64,000 nt of DNA from Eubacteriales bacterium (GTDB taxonomy: Bacteria; Bacillota; Clostridia; Oscillospirales; CAG-272). This document shows positions 27,682 through 36,034 of the stretch, piece by piece (position 1 is the stretch's first letter; the number at the start of each line of letters is the position of its first letter). Both the position numbers and the translations under genes were made by a program. Under the pieces are notes generated by a model. That model did no database searches and was not told the origin of the DNA. It worked only from the letters and a program-made list of their open reading frames with translations. The stretch is taken from positions 1,205 to 65,204 of the forward strand of contig JAZLLY010000019.1 in the NCBI GenBank assembly GCA_045598385.1. Direction: 5' to 3'.

Positions 27682-28659
27682 ATGACAGTTCTGAATATTT
27701 TGCTTTTCGCGCTTCTTCTGATTCTGACCATCGTTCCGACCGTCGGCGACCTCATCGCCGTCAACCACGAGGACAGGATCGAAAAAGAGCCGAAACCGTT
27801 TTTGCTCAAGCTGTTTTTCATCGGACTGATTTCCTGGATCCTCGCGGTCCTCATCGAGAACATTTTCGGTCAGGTGCTGACGGTTCTCTTCCCGGGTACC
27901 TCGCGCACTCTCGGCGGCTCTCTCACATTCCCGGATAACGGGACCGCCGTCGCCTATATTTCGGTTTATGCCTTTCTCATCGGTGCCGTCGTCGAAGAGG
28001 GCGTCAAGTTCTGCCTGCTCATTTACTTCACGAAAAAAGCAAAGTATTACGACTGCTTTTTCGACGGGATCGTTTATGCCGTGTTCCTTTCCCTCGGCTT
28101 CGCGTTCTTCGAGTGCCTCGCCGACGTGGCAAACGAACTCATCGACTGCATCACCATCGAAGGGCTTGCTTTCGATGAAGCGATCAAAAAATCGCTGATC
28201 GTCGCGCTGCTGCGCGCCGGAATGGACGTCGTCGGACACCTCGCCTACGCCGCACTGATGGGCTATTATTACAGTCTCAGCAAGGTCAACGAAAAGGCGT
28301 GGATGCTCGAGTACCAGCTCGAAGAGCGCGGTCTTCTCGTCCGTCCGAACGGAAAATCGACTTTCAGACGTGAGTTGTCCCTGCGCAAAGCGTTCCTCAT
28401 CCCTGCCCTCGTCCACGGCGCTTTCATCTTCGCACAGCTGATGACGGACAATTTCCCGCCGGCACAGACCGTCCCGAACAAGTATTTCTTCTTTGCCGGA
28501 TTTACCCTCGTGATGGGCGGCATTTACGCGCTTTACTTCGTCATTCTCAAGAAAGCACATAAAAACGACGATTATCTTCTGAACCTCGCGATGAAGAAGA
28601 TCCGCCGTAAATATCCCGCTTTCGCGGAAATGCAGAAAGCCGCCGAAGATCTCCCCTAA
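27682..28659 (+). CDS. prsW: PrsW-family intramembrane metalloprotease
   Basis: EEGVKF and GHLAYAALMG motifs in a polytopic membrane protein. GGAGGAGG RBS before ATG 27682. Confidence 0.8.
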   Translation: MTVLNILLFALLLILTIVPTVGDLIAVNHEDRIEKEPKPFLLKLFFIGLISWILAVLIENIFGQVLTVLFPGTSRTLGGSLTFPDNGTAVAYISVYAFLIGAVVEEGVKFCLLIYFTKKAKYYDCFFDGIVYAVFLSLGFAFFECLADVANELIDCITIEGLAFDEAIKKSLIVALLRAGMDVVGHLAYAALMGYYYSLSKVNEKAWMLEYQLEERGLLVRPNGKSTFRRELSLRKAFLIPALVHGAFIFAQLMTDNFPPAQTVPNKYFFFAGFTLVMGGIYALYFVILKKAHKNDDYLLNLAMKKIRRKYPAFAEMQKAAEDLP

Positions 28660-28703
28660 TCAATCCCATCGGGATTGTATCTCATCCACGCAAAGCGTGG
28701 CAT

Positions 28704-28733
28704 AAAAAAAGCGGTCTTCCGACCGCTTTTTTT
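28704..28733. terminator. Bidirectional intrinsic terminator between convergent genes
   Basis: A7, then GCGGTC-TTCC-GACCGC, then T7. Confidence 0.85.
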
Positions 28734-28735
28734 CG

Positions 28736-29566
28736 TTATCCGATCAGATCGCCGAACTGATCGAGATACTCGTTGTAATCCCGAAGAAGCACCGCGACGT
28801 CGGGATACATTCCCTTGAGCTCCGCGCGCCAGGCGTCTTCCCATTCGAGGGACAGATACCCGTCGTAACCGAGTTTTTTGAGTTCGCAAAGGCAGTCCCT
28901 GACCGGGACTTCTCCCTCTCCGAGCTTCGTATAGTAAAACGTCGCCATGTCGGGATCGTCAAACCGCTTTCCGTCCTTGATATGCACGTGGACGAGGATA
29001 TCACGCAGATACTCTGCCGTTTGTGCCGGCAACTCACCGACCTCGTAGGGGTGCATCACGTCCCAGATGAACCGCAGACCGGGGTATCCGACATCGTCGT
29101 AAAGTGCGCGGAGAGTTTTCCCGGCGGCATAGGCGTTGTGCGTCTCCACCCAGACCTCGGCACCGACTTCTTCGCCGTACGCGCAGAGTTCGCGGAGCAT
29201 ACGGACGATGCCCGCGTGATCGTGGGGACCGTAACCCGAAAACGTGCGGGAAAACGGACCGAGGAAAACACGGACGCCGCGTGCCCCGACTTTCGCCGCC
29301 AGGGCAAGACATCTTTTTCCTTTTTCCACCACTTTTTCGTCATATTCGATCAAGGTCAGCGTCGCGGCAAAATCCGAGACCGTAAGCCCGCTTTCCCGAA
29401 GATCGGCAAGGAAGGGCGCAAGCTCGTCCTCTTTCAGCCCGAATACGCCGCCGTCGTCGTCGAGACGGATCTCAATGGCGGAGAGTCCGGCTTCCTTCGC
29501 CGCTTTCAAAACCTCGGGATAGGAAAGTTTCATACAGGCGACCGTGCTGAAGGCACGTTTCATCAT
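28736..29566 (-). CDS. Sugar phosphate isomerase/epimerase (xylose isomerase-like TIM barrel)
   Basis: TIM-barrel AP-endonuclease-2 / xylose isomerase-like pattern (VWVETHN, VHVHIKD, LSLEWED). ATG 29566 lies 7 nt after GAGAGGG. Confidence 0.8.
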   Translation of the reverse strand: MMKRAFSTVACMKLSYPEVLKAAKEAGLSAIEIRLDDDGGVFGLKEDELAPFLADLRESGLTVSDFAATLTLIEYDEKVVEKGKRCLALAAKVGARGVRVFLGPFSRTFSGYGPHDHAGIVRMLRELCAYGEEVGAEVWVETHNAYAAGKTLRALYDDVGYPGLRFIWDVMHPYEVGELPAQTAEYLRDILVHVHIKDGKRFDDPDMATFYYTKLGEGEVPVRDCLCELKKLGYDGYLSLEWEDAWRAELKGMYPDVAVLLRDYNEYLDQFGDLIG

Positions 29567-29580
29567 CGTTTTTCCCTCTC

Positions 29581-30591
29581 TCACATTTTGGTCATGCGCT
29601 TTGCCATCTCGCGGGTGATCTCGAGCGTCAGATGCTCGGCACCGTTAAAATAGCGCACCATTTCGTCGATCAGGGCTTTCGTGATCTTCGGGCGGCGGTC
29701 GAACGTCGGTCCCGCCATGTGCGGCATACAGTAAACGTTCGGCAGCGTGCGAAGCGGAGATTCCGCCTTCGGCGGCTCTTCGGAATAGACGTCAAGTACG
29801 ACGCGGAAACGCTGTTTCTGTGCCTCGGCGATCAGCGCCGCTTCATCCAGCACGGCACCGCGCGACGTGTTCACGAAAAGTGCGCCGTCCTTTATTTTTT
29901 CAAACTGCTCTTTGCCGATCAGTCCGCGGTTTTCCGCATTGAGCGCGGAGTGAACGGTGATGATATCCGCCGTCTCGAAAAGTTCGTCGAGCCCGACGCG
30001 CGTCACGCCGTTCTCCCGCATAAAGACGGGATCGGGATCGTAATGGGAATAAAGCAGGATGTTGCACCGGAACGCCTTGAGCATCGGGATCAGAAACTTC
30101 GCGATCGTCCCGAGACCGACGACACCGACGGTCTTTCCGAACAGTTCTTCCCAGTTGTCGTCATCACACTTGAACCCGCCGTTTTTCATACGGAGAACGT
30201 AGTCGGGGATGCGGCGCTGTGCCATCAGAATGTAGGAAAGCGTTCCTTCTGCCACGCTCTCGGCGTAAAGCAGGTTGCCCGTGATGACCTTCACGCCGTT
30301 GTCGTACGCGTAATCCCCGCAGAGATTGCCGACCGTACCGCCGGTGTGAACGATCAGCTTCATCCTGTCGTTTCCGTCGAGCGCGGCAGCGTCGTAATAA
30401 GCACTGCCCCAGCCCGTCATCACGGCGTCGTACGCCGGCAAAATGCCGTGCAGATCGGCGGCGCTGTATCCTTTTCCCGTATCGTTATAAGTTACGTCAA
30501 ATCTTTCTTCGAGATATGCCCGGACGTCGGCGGGGAAAAACGACTCCCTCGTCGGTCCTTTTTGCATCGTGACAAGTACTTTCTTTTTCAT
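29581..30591 (-). CDS. D-isomer-specific 2-hydroxyacid dehydrogenase family, NAD-binding
   Basis: GKTVGVVGLGTIA Rossmann motif, NTSRG, and catalytic-region HMAG. Confidence 0.85.
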   Translation of the reverse strand: MKKKVLVTMQKGPTRESFFPADVRAYLEERFDVTYNDTGKGYSAADLHGILPAYDAVMTGWGSAYYDAAALDGNDRMKLIVHTGGTVGNLCGDYAYDNGVKVITGNLLYAESVAEGTLSYILMAQRRIPDYVLRMKNGGFKCDDDNWEELFGKTVGVVGLGTIAKFLIPMLKAFRCNILLYSHYDPDPVFMRENGVTRVGLDELFETADIITVHSALNAENRGLIGKEQFEKIKDGALFVNTSRGAVLDEAALIAEAQKQRFRVVLDVYSEEPPKAESPLRTLPNVYCMPHMAGPTFDRRPKITKALIDEMVRYFNGAEHLTLEITREMAKRMTKM

Positions 30592-30753
30592 AAGACCGAT
30601 CCTTTCGCTGAATCTTTATTTATTCTATCATATTCCCCGCGAAAATACAAGAGATGTCACACAACTCCCGCCCTGAAATCTTGACTTTTTCGCCAAAGAG
30701 CGTATAATAGTGTCAAAAGTTTTTTTGCGGATGCGCAAGGATGGGAGAACGCT

Positions 30754-31407
30754 ATGGATATTTCGGGGAAAAAAGTCCTTTTTCTCGGTGACAGTATCAC
30801 GGAGGGCTTCTGCGCCTCCAAACCGGAAAACAATTTCGTCAATCTCTTCGGAAAGAGGACCGGCGCCCGCGTCCGCAACTATGGCATCGGGGGCACTTCG
30901 ATCGCCCGCCAGACGACCGTCTGCAAGGATCAGATCTGGAATCTCAATTATCTCGACCGCGTCGATATGATGGAAAAGGACGCCGGTCTCGTCGTCGTTT
31001 TCGGCGGGACCAACGATTTCGGACACGGCACGAACGTGATCGGCGACGCCGACAGCCGCGACGAATATACCTTCACCGGCGCCGTACGCTCCCTCATCGA
31101 ACGGCTCAAGACCAAATACAGGGCGGCAAAGATCGTCTTTATGACCCCTTTACACCGCGAAAACGAGAACGTACTTGTCAACGCGTTCGGAGATACCCGT
31201 CCCCCTCTTTCGGCTTACGTTGACGCCTTAAAACGCGTCACAGAGGCATTCTCCCTGCCTGTCCTCGACCTCTACGAGATAAGCGGAATCTATCCCGACG
31301 ATAAAGAGAACAAAAAGACCTGGACCGTGGACGGTCTTCACCCCAACGACAAAGGGATGATAAGGATCACGGATCTTCTGATCGACTTTCTGTCAAACCT
31401 CGACTGA
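30754..31407 (+). CDS. SGNH/GDSL hydrolase family protein
   Basis: Block I LFLGDSITEG, block II GIGG, and C-terminal DGLHPN. Confidence 0.8.
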   Translation: MDISGKKVLFLGDSITEGFCASKPENNFVNLFGKRTGARVRNYGIGGTSIARQTTVCKDQIWNLNYLDRVDMMEKDAGLVVVFGGTNDFGHGTNVIGDADSRDEYTFTGAVRSLIERLKTKYRAAKIVFMTPLHRENENVLVNAFGDTRPPLSAYVDALKRVTEAFSLPVLDLYEISGIYPDDKENKKTWTVDGLHPNDKGMIRITDLLIDFLSNLD

Positions 31408-31497
31408 CCGCCTCATTCATCGCTTCCGAAGAGAGCCGGTTTTTCCGATATTCCCTGTGAAAACGCCTGCCGGAGCCGAAAAGGTTTTCCGGGCGGC

Positions 31498-31592
31498 GTT
31501 TTTCTCTTTTCAATTTCTCTTTATTGTCTTCTTCTTTTCTTTTTCTTCTTCTTTCTCTATCTCTTACTCTTCCTCTTCCCTCCTCCTTTTCA
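31498..31592 (+). repeat. ~95-nt polypyrimidine (CT) tract
   Basis: Pure pyrimidine runs at 31527-31558 (32 nt) and 31567-31591 (25 nt). Only about 7 purines in the whole tract. Confidence 0.9.
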
Positions 31593-31825
31593 TAGTGGGG
31601 TGGTAAAATGACGGAAAAACCGAAAAGTTTCGTTCGAAATCACGGTACGAACAAAAAACGATTCACCGAAGAAAAATTAAAGTGTAAATAGTTGTTGTCA
31701 TATCAAAGGCGCAAAAAAAGAAAAGCAAGCAAAAAACAGCGGTAAAAACCGCTGTTTTTTTACTTTGAAAAAACCGGTAGCAGGAAAACGAAATGAAATC
31801 AAGTGCGCAGGAAAATGAAATATTA

Positions 31826-33406
31826 TCAGGAGCGCAAGAAAGCGAGTGCAGCGCGGATGCCGTCAACGGCGGAAGAAACGATCCCGCCGGCGTAGCCCGC
31901 GCCCTCGCCGATCGGAAAAACGGCGGGGATAGAAACGCAGCGGTACGTGGAAGGATCACGCTCGACACAGACGGGAGAGGTGGAACGCGTCTCGGCACCC
32001 GTCAGGACGGCGTCGCCGTCGGCAAAACCGGGCAGCCAGCGGTCAAAATCCGCGATCGCGGCGCGTAAAGACGCCGTCACATAAGCGGGGAAAATCCGTG
32101 AAAGATCGGCGCCTTTCACGCCGAGGGGGTAGGACGGGGTGACTTTTCCGAACGATTCAGTCGCTCTTCCGTTCAGGAAATCCGAGAGCGTCTGTGCGGG
32201 AGCGCAAAAGCGTCCGCCGCCGAGAGAGAACGCGGCTTCTTCGATCCTCTTCTGATAGCAGAGTCCCGCCAAAGGATCGTCCCCGTCAAAATCGTCCGGC
32301 GTGACGCCGACGAGAAGCGCGGCGTTCGAGTTTTCGCCGTCTCTTCGATATTCGCTCATACCGTTCGTCACAAGACGTCTGTCCTCGCTCGCGGCAGGAA
32401 CGACCGTCCCGCCCGGGCACATACAGAAACTGTAAACGCCCCGCCCGTTTGGCAGATGGGTGACGAGATGATAGGACGCGCTCCCGAGTGATTCGGGAAA
32501 ACCGTCGCCGTAAACCATACGGTCGATATCTTCCCGCCTGTGTTCGATACGCACGCCGACGCCGAAAGGACGGGCGTGCATCGCGACGTTTTCTGCTTTC
32601 AGAAAATCGTAAACGTCATGCGCGCTGTGTCCCGTCGCCAAAAAGGCGGCGGCGGTCACGAGGGTCTCTTCTGCCCCGTCTTTTTCGTAAACAACGCCGA
32701 CAATGTTCGAGGAAAGCGGTTTCAAAGCTTTCACTTTCGCGTGAAATCGAGTCTCCCCGCCGAGGGCTTCCATACGCGCACGGACGCCGGATATGATACC
32801 CGAAAGACGGTCGGTGCCGAGATGCGGAAACGAATCGAAGAGGATCTCCGCCGGGGCGCCGGCACGAACGAACTCCGAAAGAACTTTTTGCTTTTCGGGA
32901 TCTTTTTTTCCGATCTTGAGTTTTCCGTCGGAAAACGTACCGGCGCCGCCCTCGCCGAACGGCACGTTGCACTCGGGATCGAGGATCCCGGTCTTTTTGA
33001 AGAAATCGACTTTTTCTTTCCGATACGCGACGTCGCCGCCGCGTTCCAGCAGGATCGGCGCCGTCCCCGCTTCCGCGAGAATGAGCGCGGCAAAAAGTCC
33101 CGCAGGACCCGCGCCGATAACGACGGGGCGATACGCCGCCTTGCGTTTCGGAACCGCAAGCGTAAGAGGCGCGTGCGGAAAAACTTTTTTCTTCATTTTC
33201 AGAAGCCCCGCCTCTTTTTCCGGCGAGGTCTTTACCCCTACCGTCAAGCGATAGGAAAAATCCGGTTTTTCCTCCGTCACGAGCGTCCGCTTCAGGATCT
33301 CAAAACCAAGGATCTCCCCTCTGCCGATCGGCAGTCTTTCGGCGATCGCCGTCAGAATATCCTCGTCCCGATATCCGACTTTCACCCGCACTTCCGTCTC
33401 AAACAT
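31826..33406 (-). CDS. FAD-dependent oxidoreductase (COG2509-like, uncharacterised dehydrogenase)
   Basis: VVIGAGPAGLFAAL dinucleotide-binding motif and FGEGGAGTFSDGKL. AAGGAGG RBS before ATG 33406. Confidence 0.8.
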   Translation of the reverse strand: MFETEVRVKVGYRDEDILTAIAERLPIGRGEILGFEILKRTLVTEEKPDFSYRLTVGVKTSPEKEAGLLKMKKKVFPHAPLTLAVPKRKAAYRPVVIGAGPAGLFAALILAEAGTAPILLERGGDVAYRKEKVDFFKKTGILDPECNVPFGEGGAGTFSDGKLKIGKKDPEKQKVLSEFVRAGAPAEILFDSFPHLGTDRLSGIISGVRARMEALGGETRFHAKVKALKPLSSNIVGVVYEKDGAEETLVTAAAFLATGHSAHDVYDFLKAENVAMHARPFGVGVRIEHRREDIDRMVYGDGFPESLGSASYHLVTHLPNGRGVYSFCMCPGGTVVPAASEDRRLVTNGMSEYRRDGENSNAALLVGVTPDDFDGDDPLAGLCYQKRIEEAAFSLGGGRFCAPAQTLSDFLNGRATESFGKVTPSYPLGVKGADLSRIFPAYVTASLRAAIADFDRWLPGFADGDAVLTGAETRSTSPVCVERDPSTYRCVSIPAVFPIGEGAGYAGGIVSSAVDGIRAALAFLRS

Positions 33407-33537
33407 ACCGCGCCTCCTTTCTTCCAAAATCAAGAGAAGTGCTATGTTGAAACATAACACTTCTCAAATACTGTTGCAATTGATAAACAATTCATTGTCT
33501 TCCTGCAACGCTTTTTGACATAATAAATAAATCACGT

Positions 33538-33766
33538 TCGCCGCCCTTGTCGAGGGAAAAACGATGCAGAAGCGGTGAGTGGACGCGCACAAGCGTACAA
33601 GCGTACGTCATGATTTCTCGGCAATCCGTTCACCCTGAAAATGCGAATCAACTTTTCCGGCTTATTGAAATACCGGGACAAAAACAATTCAACATCGCCG
33701 CCCTTGTCGAGGGAAAAACGATGCAGAAGCGGTGAGTGGACGCGCACAGGCGTACATGCGTACGTC
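33538..33766 (+). repeat. Two 72-nt direct repeats (33538-33609, 33695-33766), period 157 nt
   Basis: TCGCCGCCCTTGTCGAGGGAAAAACGATGCAGAAGCGGTGAGTGGACGCGCACARGCGTACAWGCGTACGTC, with 2 mismatches between copies. Confidence 0.85.
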
Positions 33767-33814
33767 GAAGCGTGCAGTCGCCGCTTTTATGCGCGTTTTT
33801 CACCGACAAGTAAG

Positions 33815-34855
33815 TTAGCCGACAAGACCGGAACGTTCAATCCCCTGCACCAGATATCTCTGGCAGAAGAGGTAAACGACGATCAGCGGCGCGATGATCA
33901 TCAGACCTGCCGTATTCTTGATCGCGCTGTAATAGAGCGACTGTCCGGCGTAGGTGGTACGCAGACTGATAGGCGGATCCTTATAAACATCGGGCATCAT
34001 ATAGATCTCTTTGAGCGCCGTGGAACGCAGGAACATCGAGGTGTAGAACTCGTCAGTCCACTGCCACGAGAACGAGAAGAGGAAGATCGTGATCATCATC
34101 GGCACGGAAAGCGGGATGATGATCTGCAAGAACGTGCGGAACACACCGGAACCGTCCACGTACGCGGATTCCTCGAGCTCATCGGGAACGCCCTTGAAGA
34201 ACTGCCGCATCATGTAGATATAAAGACCGTTCTTGAACGCCAGTCCGCAGATCGAAAGGATCGCGAAGGGCCAAAACGTGTTGGTCAACTCCACAGTTTT
34301 TCCGGAGAACAACTGAAGGAGTCCGGCGTAATCCCACGACAGGACGCGGAAAATATCAAAGTGCGAAAAATGCTGCAGCATTGAGATCTTCAGGGCACTG
34401 TGAGGGATAACGAGCGTGACGATCACGGCACCCATGACGAGTTTATTGCCCTTGAACTTGAACTTCGCAAGTCCGTAGCCGACAAGACAGGCGACGAACG
34501 TCTGCACAAAGGCGCAGAGCAAAGACAACAAGACGGTATGGAGCAACGCTTCCATATAGTGGTTTTCAAGGAAAATATACTTGTAGGTATCGGTCGTGAA
34601 GTTTTTGGGGATCAGAGACACCGTCGAATCGACGATATCTTCTTTGGTCATGAAAGAGTTGGCTATTCTCGAGATGAAGGGATAGATGATGACGAAAGAG
34701 ACGCCGAGCATCAGGACGAAACGGCACACGTTGATACCGATCTTGATCCAGGTATTGGACGCCTTGAACTTTCGGATCATTCTGTCCTTGAATGAGAGTT
34801 TGCCTTCGTAGTCAACGACGATCTTGTTTTTGGTATCTTTGGTTATAGTTGGCAT
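33815..34855 (-). CDS. Carbohydrate ABC transporter permease (MalG-like), second pair
   Basis: 346 aa. EAA-type loop ESAYVDGSGVFRTFLQIIIPL. 6 TM segments. Confidence 0.85.
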   Translation of the reverse strand: MPTITKDTKNKIVVDYEGKLSFKDRMIRKFKASNTWIKIGINVCRFVLMLGVSFVIIYPFISRIANSFMTKEDIVDSTVSLIPKNFTTDTYKYIFLENHYMEALLHTVLLSLLCAFVQTFVACLVGYGLAKFKFKGNKLVMGAVIVTLVIPHSALKISMLQHFSHFDIFRVLSWDYAGLLQLFSGKTVELTNTFWPFAILSICGLAFKNGLYIYMMRQFFKGVPDELEESAYVDGSGVFRTFLQIIIPLSVPMMITIFLFSFSWQWTDEFYTSMFLRSTALKEIYMMPDVYKDPPISLRTTYAGQSLYYSAIKNTAGLMIIAPLIVVYLFCQRYLVQGIERSGLVG

Positions 34856-34868
34856 ACTGTCTCACCTC

Positions 34869-36020
34869 TCAATCTCTTCTCTGGTAGAAGATGAACGTGG
34901 ACATAATGCCGCCGATCACCGCCAGAATCAGGAACACGATGAGGAAGAAGATCCAGGACATCGCGGTCTGCAAGTTGTAATCGACGACTTTCTGCGAGGT
35001 GTAGATGAAGCGCATGACGGCGCTGTTGTTTCTCGTGAAAGAGTCGATAATCGTATAGAAGGCGTTGACGAGGATCATGGGCGATATCATCGGGAAGGTG
35101 ATCTTCCAGAAGGTCTCCCATGCGGTCGCGCCCTCGATCTGACACGCTTCGTAGATCGCGGGGGAGATGGACTGCAAGCCCGCCAGGAAAATCAACATCT
35201 GCACGCCGGAGTAGTTGACGATATCGAAGACGCTGTTGATCAACCGCACGACGAACGAAACGAGTTCCGAACCGAGCGGCAGGGTATCGACGAGCGTCAT
35301 CAGATCCATCGCGGAAAGCAATTCGCTGCCGCTCGAAGAGGCAGTAGCGGAAGCACCGCCCGTGCCCTCCATCAATGCGGTCATGACGTCCTGCGCGTTG
35401 ATGGAATCCATCAGACCGGTCGCAATGATGACCGGCACGAAGTAGATCGCGCGGAACACGGCACGGCCGAGCATCTTCTGGTTCAGTACCACGGCGATAA
35501 AGAGCGAGAAAATGAGGATCGCGGGGACCTGGAACAGAAGATCCTGCAAGCTCTCCCAGAGAGCCGCGGTGAAGTCCTGATTCTGGAACGCGTCCTTATA
35601 GAACTCGATGCCGTTCCATTTCAGACTGGGCAAACTGCCCTCACGGAGATGCTGATAGTCAAAAGCATTCAAGCTGAAGAGGATCGAGTCGATCAGCATC
35701 GGAATGTAGATCGCCACGATACCGATGAGAAACGGCAGAACGAAGATATAACCGGATCTCGCCTTTCTCTTATCCAGAGAAGCGTGTTTCGTTTTTCTGA
35801 CTTCTCCGTCTTTGTGAAAGAGGGACATGATCTTTTCACTTACCGTATCGTATCCCTTTTTGATCGCGGCGCCGGCTTTCTTTGCCGCATCGCCGATTTT
35901 GTGACACAGCGGGGCGACTTTTTCTTTTACCGCATCAAATCCCTTTTTGATCGCGGCGCCGACTTTCTTTGCCGCATCGCCGATTTTGTGAAGCAGGGAG
36001 GTTATTTTTTCTTTTATCAT
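34869..36020 (-). CDS. Sugar ABC transporter permease (MalF-like), second pair, with repeated N-terminal extension
   Basis: EACQIEGATAWETFWKITFP EAA loop. N-terminus carries 2 x 28-aa repeats. GGGAGGA RBS. Confidence 0.85.
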   Translation of the reverse strand: MIKEKITSLLHKIGDAAKKVGAAIKKGFDAVKEKVAPLCHKIGDAAKKAGAAIKKGYDTVSEKIMSLFHKDGEVRKTKHASLDKRKARSGYIFVLPFLIGIVAIYIPMLIDSILFSLNAFDYQHLREGSLPSLKWNGIEFYKDAFQNQDFTAALWESLQDLLFQVPAILIFSLFIAVVLNQKMLGRAVFRAIYFVPVIIATGLMDSINAQDVMTALMEGTGGASATASSSGSELLSAMDLMTLVDTLPLGSELVSFVVRLINSVFDIVNYSGVQMLIFLAGLQSISPAIYEACQIEGATAWETFWKITFPMISPMILVNAFYTIIDSFTRNNSAVMRFIYTSQKVVDYNLQTAMSWIFFLIVFLILAVIGGIMSTFIFYQRRD

Positions 36021-36034
36021 ATTCGTATCCTCCC

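Noticed and set aside
28736-30591. Dehydrogenase plus TIM-barrel isomerase pair as a novel pathway
   Set aside because: This is a common pairing of generic sugar-acid catabolic enzymes. Nothing in the sequence distinguishes it, and no transporter or regulator is attached.
31608-31691. 27-aa basic ORF (MTEKPKSFVRNHGTNKKRFTEEKLKCK) just after the polypyrimidine tract
   Set aside because: It has only a weak GGTGG RBS-like sequence, no hydrophobic or recognisable motif, and no supporting conservation available. It is too short to call from sequence alone.
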